A DNA stretch of 64,000 nucleotides from Nitrospinaceae bacterium. GTDB lineage: Bacteria > Nitrospinota > Nitrospinia > Nitrospinales > Nitrospinaceae. Position 1 is the first letter of the stretch, and every line of letters begins with the position of its first letter. Below the pieces are notes generated by a model. It saw only the letters and a program-made list of their open reading frames with translations. It did no database searches and had not been told where the DNA came from. Shown here one piece after another: positions 9,995-19,296 of the stretch. The stretch is taken from contig OZ245011.1 of assembly GCA_965223665.1 (NCBI GenBank), positions 1,952,001 through 2,016,000 on the forward strand, in the 5' to 3' direction. Position numbers and translations under genes: made by a program.

Positions 9995-10186
9995 TTAATC
10001 ACTACAAGAAAAACAAAGTGGCCGCTGATCCGAACAACCCGAACCATAGGGTGTAATGCCACCGAACTCTGAGGGAACGGTAGCCGTGTGCTTATCAGGT
10101 TTTACTGATTTTTCTTGAATGCTCCACTGAAAAAAATTGGAGCGGGTGTGGGGGTTTAAATTTTTGTCATAGTTTCTTTCGATCAT
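9995..10186 (-). CDS. Putative RiPP precursor peptide P4
   Basis: GAGG RBS; leader FQWSIQE; core ITPYGSGCSDQRPLCFSCSD. Confidence 0.85.
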   Translation of the reverse strand: MIERNYDKNLNPHTRSNFFQWSIQEKSVKPDKHTATVPSEFGGITPYGSGCSDQRPLCFSCSD

Positions 10187-10322
10187 AGAGTTTCCTCAAG
10201 AAAAGGGATGGAGAAATAAAATTTTTGAATGTCTTCATAATTTCATTTCCTAGTTTGAGAAAGGTGATGAGCATCACCGTTTCTATGAGAGCCAAAATCA
10301 AATTAACAGAGCCCTCTCTTCA

Positions 10323-10351
10323 AAGTTAAGGGCATGAAAGCATTAGGTCAA
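10323..10351 (-). promoter_or_regulatory. Sigma70-like promoter for P4
   Basis: TTGACC-17 nt-TAACTT on the minus strand. Confidence 0.45.
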
Positions 10352-10495
10352 GAAAAATTTACAAATTTTTTTGCTTTTTGAAGCGGTTTTTCAAAGGCTT
10401 GTGGTAACAACCTTTGACGGGGGGAGATAGTATGGATTGAATCCAAAAGTAAAGATGCAGTTTAAAAAGTAAAAGTCAGGTGGTATTTTCCAATG

Positions 10496-10560
10496 AAAAA
10501 GGTGGGCGGAAGAAGAGGGAACCACCGTTTACCCGAATGGGTTCTCTTCCTCTTCCGCCC
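10496..10560 (-). terminator. Hairpin terminator after the diguanylate cyclase
   Basis: GGGCGGAAGA..TCTTCCGCCC long stem preceded by an A-run. Confidence 0.6.
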
Positions 10561-10603
10561 GAGGGGCCTGAAGATTAGAAAGATCTTTATTGCAAAATCT
10601 ATT

Positions 10604-11602
10604 TTACTCTTTAAGGCGAATCTCCAATCGATTGCGACCATTTTTTTTAGCAAGGTACATGGCCTGATCCGCCCTTTCAAAAAAGGATTCCTCGGAATCT
10701 TGTTCATGAAGAGACGTCAGACCCAAACTGATCGTTACTGAAATGGTTTCATTTTTATAAATCAGATAATCTTTTTCTATACTCGCTCGAATTTTTTCTC
10801 CAATGCGGGTTCCAACTTTCAGAGGACACCCCTTGAGCAAAACAACAAATTCTTCTCCACCATAACGAAAAATAAAATCTGATTGTCTAATCCCATTTCG
10901 AATCGAAGAAGCCACAAGGCTTAGAACTTTATCACCCAGTTTATGTCCATGCGTATCATTGATTTTCTTAAAATGATCAATGTCACATACCATGAGAATA
11001 TTTGAATTTTTCAAACTTTTAAATTCCCGGATGGTTTGCGCTACCTTTAAATTATAGGCGGCTCTATTCAAAGTTTTTGTGAGCGGGTCTATCATCCTTT
11101 CACTTTTAGTTTCTTCAAGTTTTTGGACAAGGTTATTGATAATATCCTGTCTGGTTTCCAATTCTTTTTTTAAATCCTGCGTGGTGGTTTTTATTTCTTG
11201 AAGATCATTAATCAGCTCATCCTTTACCCTGAGAATGTCTTTCAGGTCTTTGGATGTATGGATTTTGCTAAGGTATCCTTCAAAGTTCTGATCGAAATTC
11301 CCCAGGTTTCCCACTGCATCTTTAAGAGCCGTTACCATACTCAAGACAATAACTTTAGCTTCTTCTTTTTCGGATTCTTCAAATTCATTGAGGAGAGTGA
11401 TGCTCTTAAAAAATTCCTCGATACTTTTTCCAAGATCGGTAACAGGCTTAACGTGCACCGCCTTTCTGACCACATCTTCTAACTGGTTTAATTTTAAATT
11501 CAATGGATCGTCACTGGTGAGTTGCCCTCTCGTTCCTTTAATAAAAACTAAAAGAATGTTGCACACTCTATCGGTGAATTCTGCCGGAATAATTCTAGTC
11601 AA
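10604..11602 (-). CDS. Diguanylate cyclase (coiled coil + GGDEF)
   Basis: DPLT..NR, DIDHFKKINDTHGH, RYGGEEF, RADQAMYLAKKNGRN. Confidence 0.92.
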   Translation of the reverse strand: MTRIIPAEFTDRVCNILLVFIKGTRGQLTSDDPLNLKLNQLEDVVRKAVHVKPVTDLGKSIEEFFKSITLLNEFEESEKEEAKVIVLSMVTALKDAVGNLGNFDQNFEGYLSKIHTSKDLKDILRVKDELINDLQEIKTTTQDLKKELETRQDIINNLVQKLEETKSERMIDPLTKTLNRAAYNLKVAQTIREFKSLKNSNILMVCDIDHFKKINDTHGHKLGDKVLSLVASSIRNGIRQSDFIFRYGGEEFVVLLKGCPLKVGTRIGEKIRASIEKDYLIYKNETISVTISLGLTSLHEQDSEESFFERADQAMYLAKKNGRNRLEIRLKE

Positions 11603-11674
11603 GTTTTTAAGCCTAAAAATTAAAGTTGATTAAGGACCAAAGTAATTATTAATCGACTACTAATTACTTTTAAT

Positions 11675-12547
11675 TTACAAATTATCTTTGGTTTGCGAAG
11701 GAGGGTATCCAAAGTATCGTTTATATTCCCGACTAAATTGAGAGGCACTGGAAAATCCCACTTCGTCCGCTACGACATTGGCATTGATTCCTCTATTGGA
11801 CAGCAAGTCTCTTGCTTTATTGAGACGCACTTTCTTTATATATTGAATTGGAGATTCAGAGGTTATTTCGCGAAAAGATTTATGAAATGCGGAGACACTC
11901 ATAGTCGCTATCTTGGCTAATTCTTTTATTTCCAGTGGCGAGGAAATATTGTCCTGGATAAATCTTAGAACCCTGGCTATTCTTTCAAAACTTGTATTGT
12001 GCTCCACACAATCAAACAGGGCCGATCCATAGGGGCCATTTAAAGCACAATAAATTACCTCACGTAAATGGCAATGGCCTAGTACCCGTGTGTCGTTTGG
12101 ATTTAACAGACATTTTAATAACCTCTCCACAGATTCCGCCATATCTTTATCCAGCGGTACAGAACCGATTCCTCTAAGAGGATTAAATTCCATATAACTT
12201 TTTATGTTTGGCTGCTTTTCTATTTTTGTGACAATATCATGGAGTGTAGTTAAGTTAATATTTATAGAAATTCCCAACACCGGGTACTTGGCAGATCCAT
12301 AGGTTTCACATTCAAAAGGTAACGGCTGGGAAAGGACCAAATAATAGCCTTCATCAAAAGGATAGGTCTCCTTATCCAAAAATCCCATGTTCATTCCCTG
12401 CCCAATCACAATAATACAAGGACGAAGCAGGTTGGGAGCACGTTGTAAACGTTTTGAAACACGAAAAATATTTATGCCGGGAAGTAAGGGATGAATGAAC
12501 TCTTTCCCTCTAGAAAGTTTTTCTAACAAAGCGGCTAGTCTTGGCAT
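11675..12547 (-). CDS. AraC-family regulator (AraC_N, YqhC-like)
   Basis: MSVSAFHKSF..SPIQYIKKVRL..VGFSSASQFSREYKRYFGYPP. Confidence 0.92.
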   Translation of the reverse strand: MPRLAALLEKLSRGKEFIHPLLPGINIFRVSKRLQRAPNLLRPCIIVIGQGMNMGFLDKETYPFDEGYYLVLSQPLPFECETYGSAKYPVLGISININLTTLHDIVTKIEKQPNIKSYMEFNPLRGIGSVPLDKDMAESVERLLKCLLNPNDTRVLGHCHLREVIYCALNGPYGSALFDCVEHNTSFERIARVLRFIQDNISSPLEIKELAKIATMSVSAFHKSFREITSESPIQYIKKVRLNKARDLLSNRGINANVVADEVGFSSASQFSREYKRYFGYPPSQTKDNL

Positions 12548-13580
12548 GTAGCACTCAAAAAATATTAGTCGGACAAGAGTTATAGACTATTTCAATTTTC
12601 AATTCCAGCCAAACTTACAAAATATGAAGGATTAGGCAAACAATTTAGAGATTTGTGCAATTTATTTTTATCAATTTTATATCCTCATTTATTTTAAAGT
12701 TCTTCTTAATATAATTTTAAAAACTACTGTGTAGGTAGGTTCGGGTAATCACAGTAGCAATTTATTGGATTCGGACCAAAATCCAAATCTTAAGGTCACC
12801 AAATAGTAACCCACACATTTTTTATCTATCAAAATATTTTTCAATTATTTAAGAAAAGAAATCGTTTTAAAGTTTGTTCAATTACCATTCCCCATAGCTA
12901 AATTTTTTTTTATTCCAAAATTGGCACAACCTTAAATTAGGAAAGCATAGAGATGCACCCAAAAAGAAGTGAAAGCTTAAGCCAATATGGAGTCAAAGCA
13001 CTTATGCAAAATATATATAGTGTTTCTTCTAATAAATATTCACTCACAAACATAAATAATTTCGAAAACTATATTCAGTTTTAATAAAGGTCTCTATTAA
13101 CTTCACCAGGCTCTAACATCAATGTCATTAAAGTAAATTTGAAGCGAGGTAGGAATTTTCCTACATCCCAAAACCCTTAAGGAAAGAACTATTTTTGTAG
13201 TTTTTAAAATTTAAATTCTGGGGCGTACCGTGAACCACTTAGACAAAAATTTTTTAACGAAGAATTTAAAATGAGTTTTCCAGCCCAATGATCAGGAAAT
13301 CATTAGGACCCGATATCTTAAATCATCAAGGCCAAAGAGATTTTTACTTTAAATTCTTTCAGTGGCTGCAAATTGTTTTTTTACAGGAAAAGCTTTTGTC
13401 TTAAGAATAAAATTTACATGGTGGGATTTATTACTTAATGTCTAAAAAAAAAAGCAGAAGAAGAGTGGACCCCAAATACCTGTGGGTTTTCTCCTTCTAC
13501 TTATGATTGATGAATCTTTGAATGATCGGTTAAAAAGCCAAAATGTTTTTTAACTACAAACGGAACCGAAATTTCCAAAC

Positions 13581-13781
13581 TTAACAATTACACGAAAAAG
13601 ACGGCTGATTGAAGCACGACAATGCCTGGGGTCCGGCAGAACCACAACCGTATGCCAGAGGTCCGGTAATACAACCTGTTGGTGAGGACCTATGGGTTTT
13701 AACAGTTTCCGAAGATTCCTCTTGAACGCTCCATTCAAAACCTTTTCGGTTAATAATTTTACTTTTTCTATTTTTAAGCAT
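13581..13781 (-). CDS. Putative RiPP precursor peptide P3
   Basis: GGAGG RBS; leader GFEWSVQEE; core SPTGCITGPLAYGCGS..FSCNC. Confidence 0.88.
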   Translation of the reverse strand: MLKNRKSKIINRKGFEWSVQEESSETVKTHRSSPTGCITGPLAYGCGSAGPQALSCFNQPSFSCNC

Positions 13782-13908
13782 GATGCCTCCACTTGAATTG
13801 GACTAATTGTTCCAAAACTTAACCCCGTCAAAGGAAAAGGGAAGTGATCGTTAAATAATACACAAAAGCGGTTTTTGATTTTTTATAATCTCAATCATAC
13901 TACCCTCG

Positions 13909-13962
13909 AAAAAAGAAAAGGGGAAAAGTATAAAGCATTTATACTTTCCCCCTTAATTTTTT
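13909..13962. terminator. Bidirectional terminator between P2 and P3
   Basis: GGGGAAAAGTATAAA..TTTATACTTTCCCC stem flanked by A- and T-runs. Confidence 0.75.
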
Positions 13963-13983
13963 GTATCCAAAGATCTTTAAATA

Positions 13984-14169
13984 TTAATTACATTCACAAC
14001 CATATGGAAGTGGTGTAATTGCATTTCGTGGAACACGGTTACATTCACAACCTAATGGAACCATTGGAGGGGTGCAACCTGTTGGCGAAGGAATATTAGA
14101 TTTTCTATTATTCTGCGCCTGTTCTTGAATGCTCCAATCAAAGCCTTTGGAATTTTTTCTGTTTTCCAT
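13984..14169 (-). CDS. Putative RiPP precursor peptide P2
   Basis: GGGAG RBS; leader GFDWSIQEQ; core SPTGC..PLGCECN..PLPYGCECN. Confidence 0.9.
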   Translation of the reverse strand: MENRKNSKGFDWSIQEQAQNNRKSNIPSPTGCTPPMVPLGCECNRVPRNAITPLPYGCECN

Positions 14170-14214
14170 AATGTTTTCGCTCCCGGAAAAAAAATACTAA
14201 TACATTATATATAG

Positions 14215-14412
14215 TTAACAGCTACCGCACCCATAAGGAAGCGGCCGTTGAATCGTGTACGATTGAGGTTGCGGCGAAAAAAAACAATCCCAACTCTGTA
14301 CCATTTGAGTATTGGGTTTATCCCCATTCACAGTTTCTTCTTGAATACTCCAGTTAAAGCTTTTGGGGTCTTCCATTGTTCTTAAAGCTTTATTATTTTT
14401 GGTTTGAATCAT
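14215..14412 (-). CDS. Putative RiPP precursor peptide P1 (65 aa)
   Basis: Start set at ATG 14412, 10 nt after the YcaO stop, with GGGGGAG RBS; leader SFNWSIQEE; core ..WDCFFS..PLPYGCGSC. Confidence 0.88.
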   Translation of the reverse strand: MIQTKNNKALRTMEDPKSFNWSIQEETVNGDKPNTQMVQSWDCFFSPQPQSYTIQRPLPYGCGSC

Positions 14413-14422
14413 TTCTCCCCCC

Positions 14423-16660
14423 TCAAGGAAAAGGATGTGGAAACAATATGCCCTTCCTGGGTTTGGTTCCACGGTTTTTAACCTCCGGTAATATTGGTTC
14501 CAGACCATAACCAAATGATATTGGAACCATCCCCTCAATTAAAGCTCGAACAACTTTAATAGTTGACCCGCCACTTAAAGTTAGACAGATCGCCGGAGTA
14601 ATGTCGAGATAATAGCTATTTCTTGCCCGTTCTGTCAACCAATTTTTAAGACTATTTAATTTCTCACAATGGCTCTTCACCCCTGAAAAATCAATAACAT
14701 CGGATCCCCGTAATAAATGGTCTGCCCTTTTGTAGTAACGCCTTTGACTATAAAGGTTTACATGATCCTCTGGAGTCGACGCATTTTCCGGCGAAATTGG
14801 TATCGGATTTCCGATCTGATCGGTCAGGGTCACCATCGACTCCAATTCACTGATTCCATGCTCTAAGGCCGAAAAAGGATCATACCCCGCCGCGGCCGTC
14901 ACTCGCGTCATTTTCTTCGGGGTATTTTGCGAAAACAGTAAAAAACTGGTTATAGGTTCCTGTGACATGACCAAAACCTGTGCCTCCCAGCCAATTTTGT
15001 TGAGTCCACGGATCCTGTTTTGGAGTTCACTCGGAATGGAAGAAAGAATTACTTTAGGAAGGGAAATTTTTCCCAACCAGGTTCGCATGAACTGATCGCG
15101 CTCAATCAATTCCACTATGGCACGGTCCAGCGCTCCTTCAAAGGTGGGGTAAGCCGCCACTCCGGATGTGGAAGTGAACGTATAAGGCAGTTCACTTTTC
15201 TTTCTTCGCTTTTCCATATAATAACTTTTGGGTTTTGAAGAAAAATACACCTGGTCCGCCAAAACCCAATGCGGTTCATCGGTGACCAAATGTTTAACCC
15301 GAACCCATTCATATTTCCTCCGCTTACTAAAAGGAGACAGAGGAAATTCCGGCCGTTCATATTGTTCCTTTGAATATTGAACAAACTTTTCGGGATCCAC
15401 AAAACGATCCAACTCTCCGGCAGTGGCCTTTTTAATATCCCTGGGCATCTGACAGGACAGACGTTCCACCGATTCGGCAATGGCTTTATCATAAGCCAAT
15501 AATGGATCCGCGTCTCGCCCCCAACACCATCCAGAAGATAACTTATCTAAAAATAAATTTGTGCGTGCAAAATAAAATGGTGGTTGATAAGAATTGCTGT
15601 CAAAGTCTACCCAGGAAAATGAAAGATCATAATCTTTATTTATTTTAGACTTTTCCTTTGGAGACAACTGATTCCCGACAACCATTACCAAATACGGGTC
15701 ATGATTCGGAAGCTCCGTGATGGGTTTAATACGTTCATCCATGTAACCGCCCAAAAGATAAACACCGACTCCCATTTCCAGAGCGCACAGTTGAATATTT
15801 TGAGCGGCGTGCCCCGTTTCAATCAAACAATACGAAACTGATCGATTTCCATACTTGGCTCCGGAGTGCGCAAAATTTCCACTGATAACGATAGCACCAT
15901 GGCCGGAAGCCACTCCCGTTGGATCGAGCAAAGCTCTAAATAATTTGTCAGGAGGGCTGGAAAGTTTCTTAAAACCAATCTTACGAGATTTGCCAAAACT
16001 GACATGATACACTCCCGCGTCCAGCTTGTTGGTCTTCCTCCATTGAATCCAGGTAAACTCCAAAGGATAAACACCTCCACCGGAAGGAACTGTTCGCCCG
16101 GCTCTTTGATCATACTTCCCCAGTTTTTTGGTGGCGTCCAACACTCCGTAACCGGCATACAGCAACGCCGTTATTTGATCCATTGACATGGCCGTGCGGT
16201 CAAATTCGCGATCGGTTCCCCTGTTCTGCAGCGATTCTATAAATTTGGTTTTAGGAGGACGAAAGGTTTTTGCTTTGGGATCCAGTTTTTGGACACGGTC
16301 ACTGGCCGCTTTCGCCAATTCAAAGGGCAACTCCGGAGGAACGTCCGAAGGGTAAGGTTGCGGGTTATGCACCCACGACCATTGATGAGAAATCCAATAC
16401 TTGGTAGGAACCAGAATTCCCCGGGAAACCAGATCATTCAAAAAACTAACGATCGTCTCTCGGTCAAAACTCTTGGAAAGACCGTCCACAATCGTTTTAA
16501 AATCACGTTTGCCATCGACGGTTTCAAAAAGGTCCTTCAATAAACTTTTGGGAGCGCGAATAGTAAAACTTTTACTACTTTTCATTACGGTTAATCTGTC
16601 ACCGGCTAATTTGACAGAAGAGGCAAAATTCAGGGGAGTATTATTTTCGATTTTTGACAT
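14423..16660 (-). CDS. Fused RiPP recognition element + SagB/ThcOx FMN dehydrogenase + YcaO cyclodehydratase
   Basis: N-terminal wHTH-like DGKRDFKTIV..FLNDLVSRGILV; RTVPSGGGVYPLE, KYGNRS, ETGHAAQN; YcaO AIAESVER, TSGVAA..VELIERD; C-terminal PHPFP. Confidence 0.92.
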   Translation of the reverse strand: MSKIENNTPLNFASSVKLAGDRLTVMKSSKSFTIRAPKSLLKDLFETVDGKRDFKTIVDGLSKSFDRETIVSFLNDLVSRGILVPTKYWISHQWSWVHNPQPYPSDVPPELPFELAKAASDRVQKLDPKAKTFRPPKTKFIESLQNRGTDREFDRTAMSMDQITALLYAGYGVLDATKKLGKYDQRAGRTVPSGGGVYPLEFTWIQWRKTNKLDAGVYHVSFGKSRKIGFKKLSSPPDKLFRALLDPTGVASGHGAIVISGNFAHSGAKYGNRSVSYCLIETGHAAQNIQLCALEMGVGVYLLGGYMDERIKPITELPNHDPYLVMVVGNQLSPKEKSKINKDYDLSFSWVDFDSNSYQPPFYFARTNLFLDKLSSGWCWGRDADPLLAYDKAIAESVERLSCQMPRDIKKATAGELDRFVDPEKFVQYSKEQYERPEFPLSPFSKRRKYEWVRVKHLVTDEPHWVLADQVYFSSKPKSYYMEKRRKKSELPYTFTSTSGVAAYPTFEGALDRAIVELIERDQFMRTWLGKISLPKVILSSIPSELQNRIRGLNKIGWEAQVLVMSQEPITSFLLFSQNTPKKMTRVTAAAGYDPFSALEHGISELESMVTLTDQIGNPIPISPENASTPEDHVNLYSQRRYYKRADHLLRGSDVIDFSGVKSHCEKLNSLKNWLTERARNSYYLDITPAICLTLSGGSTIKVVRALIEGMVPISFGYGLEPILPEVKNRGTKPRKGILFPHPFP

Positions 16661-16847
16661 ACTTTTTTTAATTTTTAATTCAAGTTTTTGTTAAAGGAGT
16701 TAATATAGAACAACAGGATAGTTTTCATTCCTGTTTATAACAAATGGAAAATAATCAGGGAAGTAAAACTTTTTGATTAATAGACCCTTGACCGAAAGTT
16801 TATTTTGAAAAAAAAATAAACAATCTTAAAAAGGAATTCCATGTGCT

Positions 16848-17030
16848 CCCTCTTTTTAAAGAGAACTTTGCATAACCAGGGATTATTGAATAAACAAGTT
16901 CAACAAAAGAGCGGAGACCGATGTTCGCCCTCTTTCCTAAAGAGGGTCGGGGTGATTCACCTCCAGGGGGTTTATATTTTCTGACTAATGCAGGGAGGTC
17001 TCCTCTTTAAAGAGGGCTGGGGTGATTTAC
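16848..17030. repeat. Cluster of REP-like palindromes CCCTCTTT..AAAGAGGG-n-GGGGTGATT
   Basis: Copies near 16848, 16928 and 17001; another at 35515. Confidence 0.65.
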
Positions 17031-17109
17031 ATTTAAGGGCTTTATTCCAATTTTATATTTGAGTGTAATTCTTTTTGAGAAACCAACGAGTGATTAGATA
17101 ACTTTTTAA

Positions 17110-17928
17110 ATGGAAAACTCAAAAGAAGAAACCAACAATCCAAAAAAGAGTACTCCCATAAATCTATTGTGGACTGGAGGATGGGATTCTACATTTCGAC
17201 TGCTGGAGCTTTTAATTATAGAAAAAAAAAGCGTCCAACCTTATTACATTGTGGATCATGAAAGAGCATCCACACTCTATGAAATGAAAGCCATGCAAAC
17301 CATCAAGGAAATTCTCTTCATTAAATTTCCGGAAACTCAAGAGCTGTTATTCCCCACCATCACCCAACGCCGGAATCAGATCAAACCCAATAAAGAAATT
17401 ACTCAAAAATGGAAACAATTTTATAAGGAAATAAAATTAGGCAGCCAATACGATTGGATTCCTAGGTTTGCCGAGGAACAGGGTCTTTATGATCTGGAAC
17501 TGGGCCATGAAAAACCCTACAAGCCACGTCCCCTGGATGAAATCATTGATCCCAATATTATTGGTGAAGGGCACGAATGCCGAGTGACGAGCAACCCCAC
17601 CCGACCCATGGTCACTCTGTTTAAATATTTTCGTTTCCCAATTTATTTTGTCACAAAAGCAAAAATGGAGAGGATCTCTCGCGAAAACGATTTCTTTGAT
17701 ATCATGCAAAACGTCTGGTTTTGCCATCGCCCCAGAAGCAACGGCACCCCCTGCGAATTTTGCCGACCCTGCAGAGTGGCAAAGAAATCCGGGTTTTCCC
17801 ATGGCCTGCCCCCCTCGAACTGGTTGCGCGACCAATACTTAAAACTCTGTTACAAAGTTTCCTCTGCTTGGGACCAGTGCCTGCACATCCTTAAACGCAT
17901 TTCCCGTAAACTGAAAAACTTTTCCTGA
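17110..17928 (+). CDS. PP-loop (QueC-like) nucleotide-binding protein
   Basis: LLWTGGWDST PP-loop; WFCHRP..PCEFCRPC Zn-type Cys cluster. Confidence 0.75.
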   Translation: MENSKEETNNPKKSTPINLLWTGGWDSTFRLLELLIIEKKSVQPYYIVDHERASTLYEMKAMQTIKEILFIKFPETQELLFPTITQRRNQIKPNKEITQKWKQFYKEIKLGSQYDWIPRFAEEQGLYDLELGHEKPYKPRPLDEIIDPNIIGEGHECRVTSNPTRPMVTLFKYFRFPIYFVTKAKMERISRENDFFDIMQNVWFCHRPRSNGTPCEFCRPCRVAKKSGFSHGLPPSNWLRDQYLKLCYKVSSAWDQCLHILKRISRKLKNFS

Positions 17929-18017
17929 GTAATTCCAAAATTCAGAAATTGATTTAGAATAGGCCTAAAATGTAAAACCAAAAATTTTTGCCTTGATCTA
18001 TGGTAGGAGGAAAACCC

Positions 18018-19286
18018 ATGCCTAATAAAATAAAATTACTATTAATGGTATTTTTTGTCTCTTTGTTTTTTAACGGTTGCTCCAGTTTTGGAAAAGGGGT
18101 CGTCGAGGGACTCCTTGAGAATTCAGAAAAAGAAGATAAAAGAGCTTGTCAAATTTGGAGTAAAGGATTTGAAGGTATTGGAGCAAGCATTGAAAAAACT
18201 CAAGGTAAGACTAAGGTCTTAATGGTCCATGGAGTTGGAAGTCACATTCCCGGATACTCTACGATTCTATTAGAAAAATTATCTCAAAAACTAGATCTTC
18301 CTTTAATTGATATTCCTTTTAAGGAATTAACCATATCTGAAATCAATGATCCCTCAAAAAATTTGGGTAATTTGCGACTAAATAGATTAATCAGTAGAGA
18401 CAAAGAGAGGGAACTTTTATTTTATGAGCTAACTTGGTCTAGAATTAGTCAATCTGAAAAAGAAGTTTTAAATTATGATAATTCCGGTCTGTATTCCTTT
18501 CGACGTGCTAATGTTAATAACGCTTTGAAAAAGTTTTCGAATGACTCAATTTCGGACCCAATGATTTATTTAGGGGAAAAACAGGAGGATATTCAAAAAT
18601 CTGTAATACAAAGTGTTTGTTGGATGATTTCTTATGGGTGGAATACATTTCCTTCTGGTGAACATAAACTCTGCCAATTCAACAGCCCCGGGATATTAGA
18701 AAACGCAAAAAAAGATGATTATATTTTTATTTCACATAGTTTAGGCAGCAGAATTACCATTGACGCTCTTCAAAAAGTCGTAGGGTTGGTAAATAACAAA
18801 AATGTTCAAAAGAAGTTCCCCGAAGTAGAAAAACTTCACCACGAAATTCAAAATAGAGTTGTTACTATTTTTATGTTTTCTAATCAATTACCTTTATTGC
18901 AATTGGGCCGCCCATTACCAGAGATTTTGAATGAGAATGATAAATATTGTTTACCAAATGGAAGTCACTTTTCCGATCGATTTGCCAATCAAACTCATAT
19001 TATTGCATTTAGCGATCCCAATGATTTATTAAGTTACTCTATTCCCGCGGGATTCGAAAATAATTATCTTGATTCACGAATGTGTACTAAAGTAAGCAAT
19101 GTTAGTATCAATGTAGCTCATGTGGTAGATGTTTTCGGTGTCAGTGAAGTTGCCAATCCCATAGAAGCGCATGTGGGTTATGACAGTGATGATCGAGTGG
19201 TGGAATTAGTTGCTCATGGATTAAATAATCAAAATATTACTCCCATTATTAAAGAAAGATGTAAATGGATGGAGTTAGTGAAATGA
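18018..19286 (+). CDS. Lipoprotein with alpha/beta-hydrolase-like motifs
   Basis: AGGAGG RBS; lipobox FNGC; VHGVG, SHSLGS, SDPNDLL, AHVGY. Confidence 0.75.
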   Translation: MPNKIKLLLMVFFVSLFFNGCSSFGKGVVEGLLENSEKEDKRACQIWSKGFEGIGASIEKTQGKTKVLMVHGVGSHIPGYSTILLEKLSQKLDLPLIDIPFKELTISEINDPSKNLGNLRLNRLISRDKERELLFYELTWSRISQSEKEVLNYDNSGLYSFRRANVNNALKKFSNDSISDPMIYLGEKQEDIQKSVIQSVCWMISYGWNTFPSGEHKLCQFNSPGILENAKKDDYIFISHSLGSRITIDALQKVVGLVNNKNVQKKFPEVEKLHHEIQNRVVTIFMFSNQLPLLQLGRPLPEILNENDKYCLPNGSHFSDRFANQTHIIAFSDPNDLLSYSIPAGFENNYLDSRMCTKVSNVSINVAHVVDVFGVSEVANPIEAHVGYDSDDRVVELVAHGLNNQNITPIIKERCKWMELVK

Positions 19287-19296
19287 ATAAATTTCA

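Noticed and set aside
14413-14538. 107-aa version of precursor P1 in the ORF track
   Set aside because: The extension overlaps the YcaO 3' end; ATG 14412 has an RBS and gives a length matching the other precursors
14423-16660. Thioamide-, bottromycin- or thiopeptide-type pathway
   Set aside because: No TfuA, radical SAM, LanB or pyridine synthase in the window; the fused oxidase and PxPxP end point to azoles
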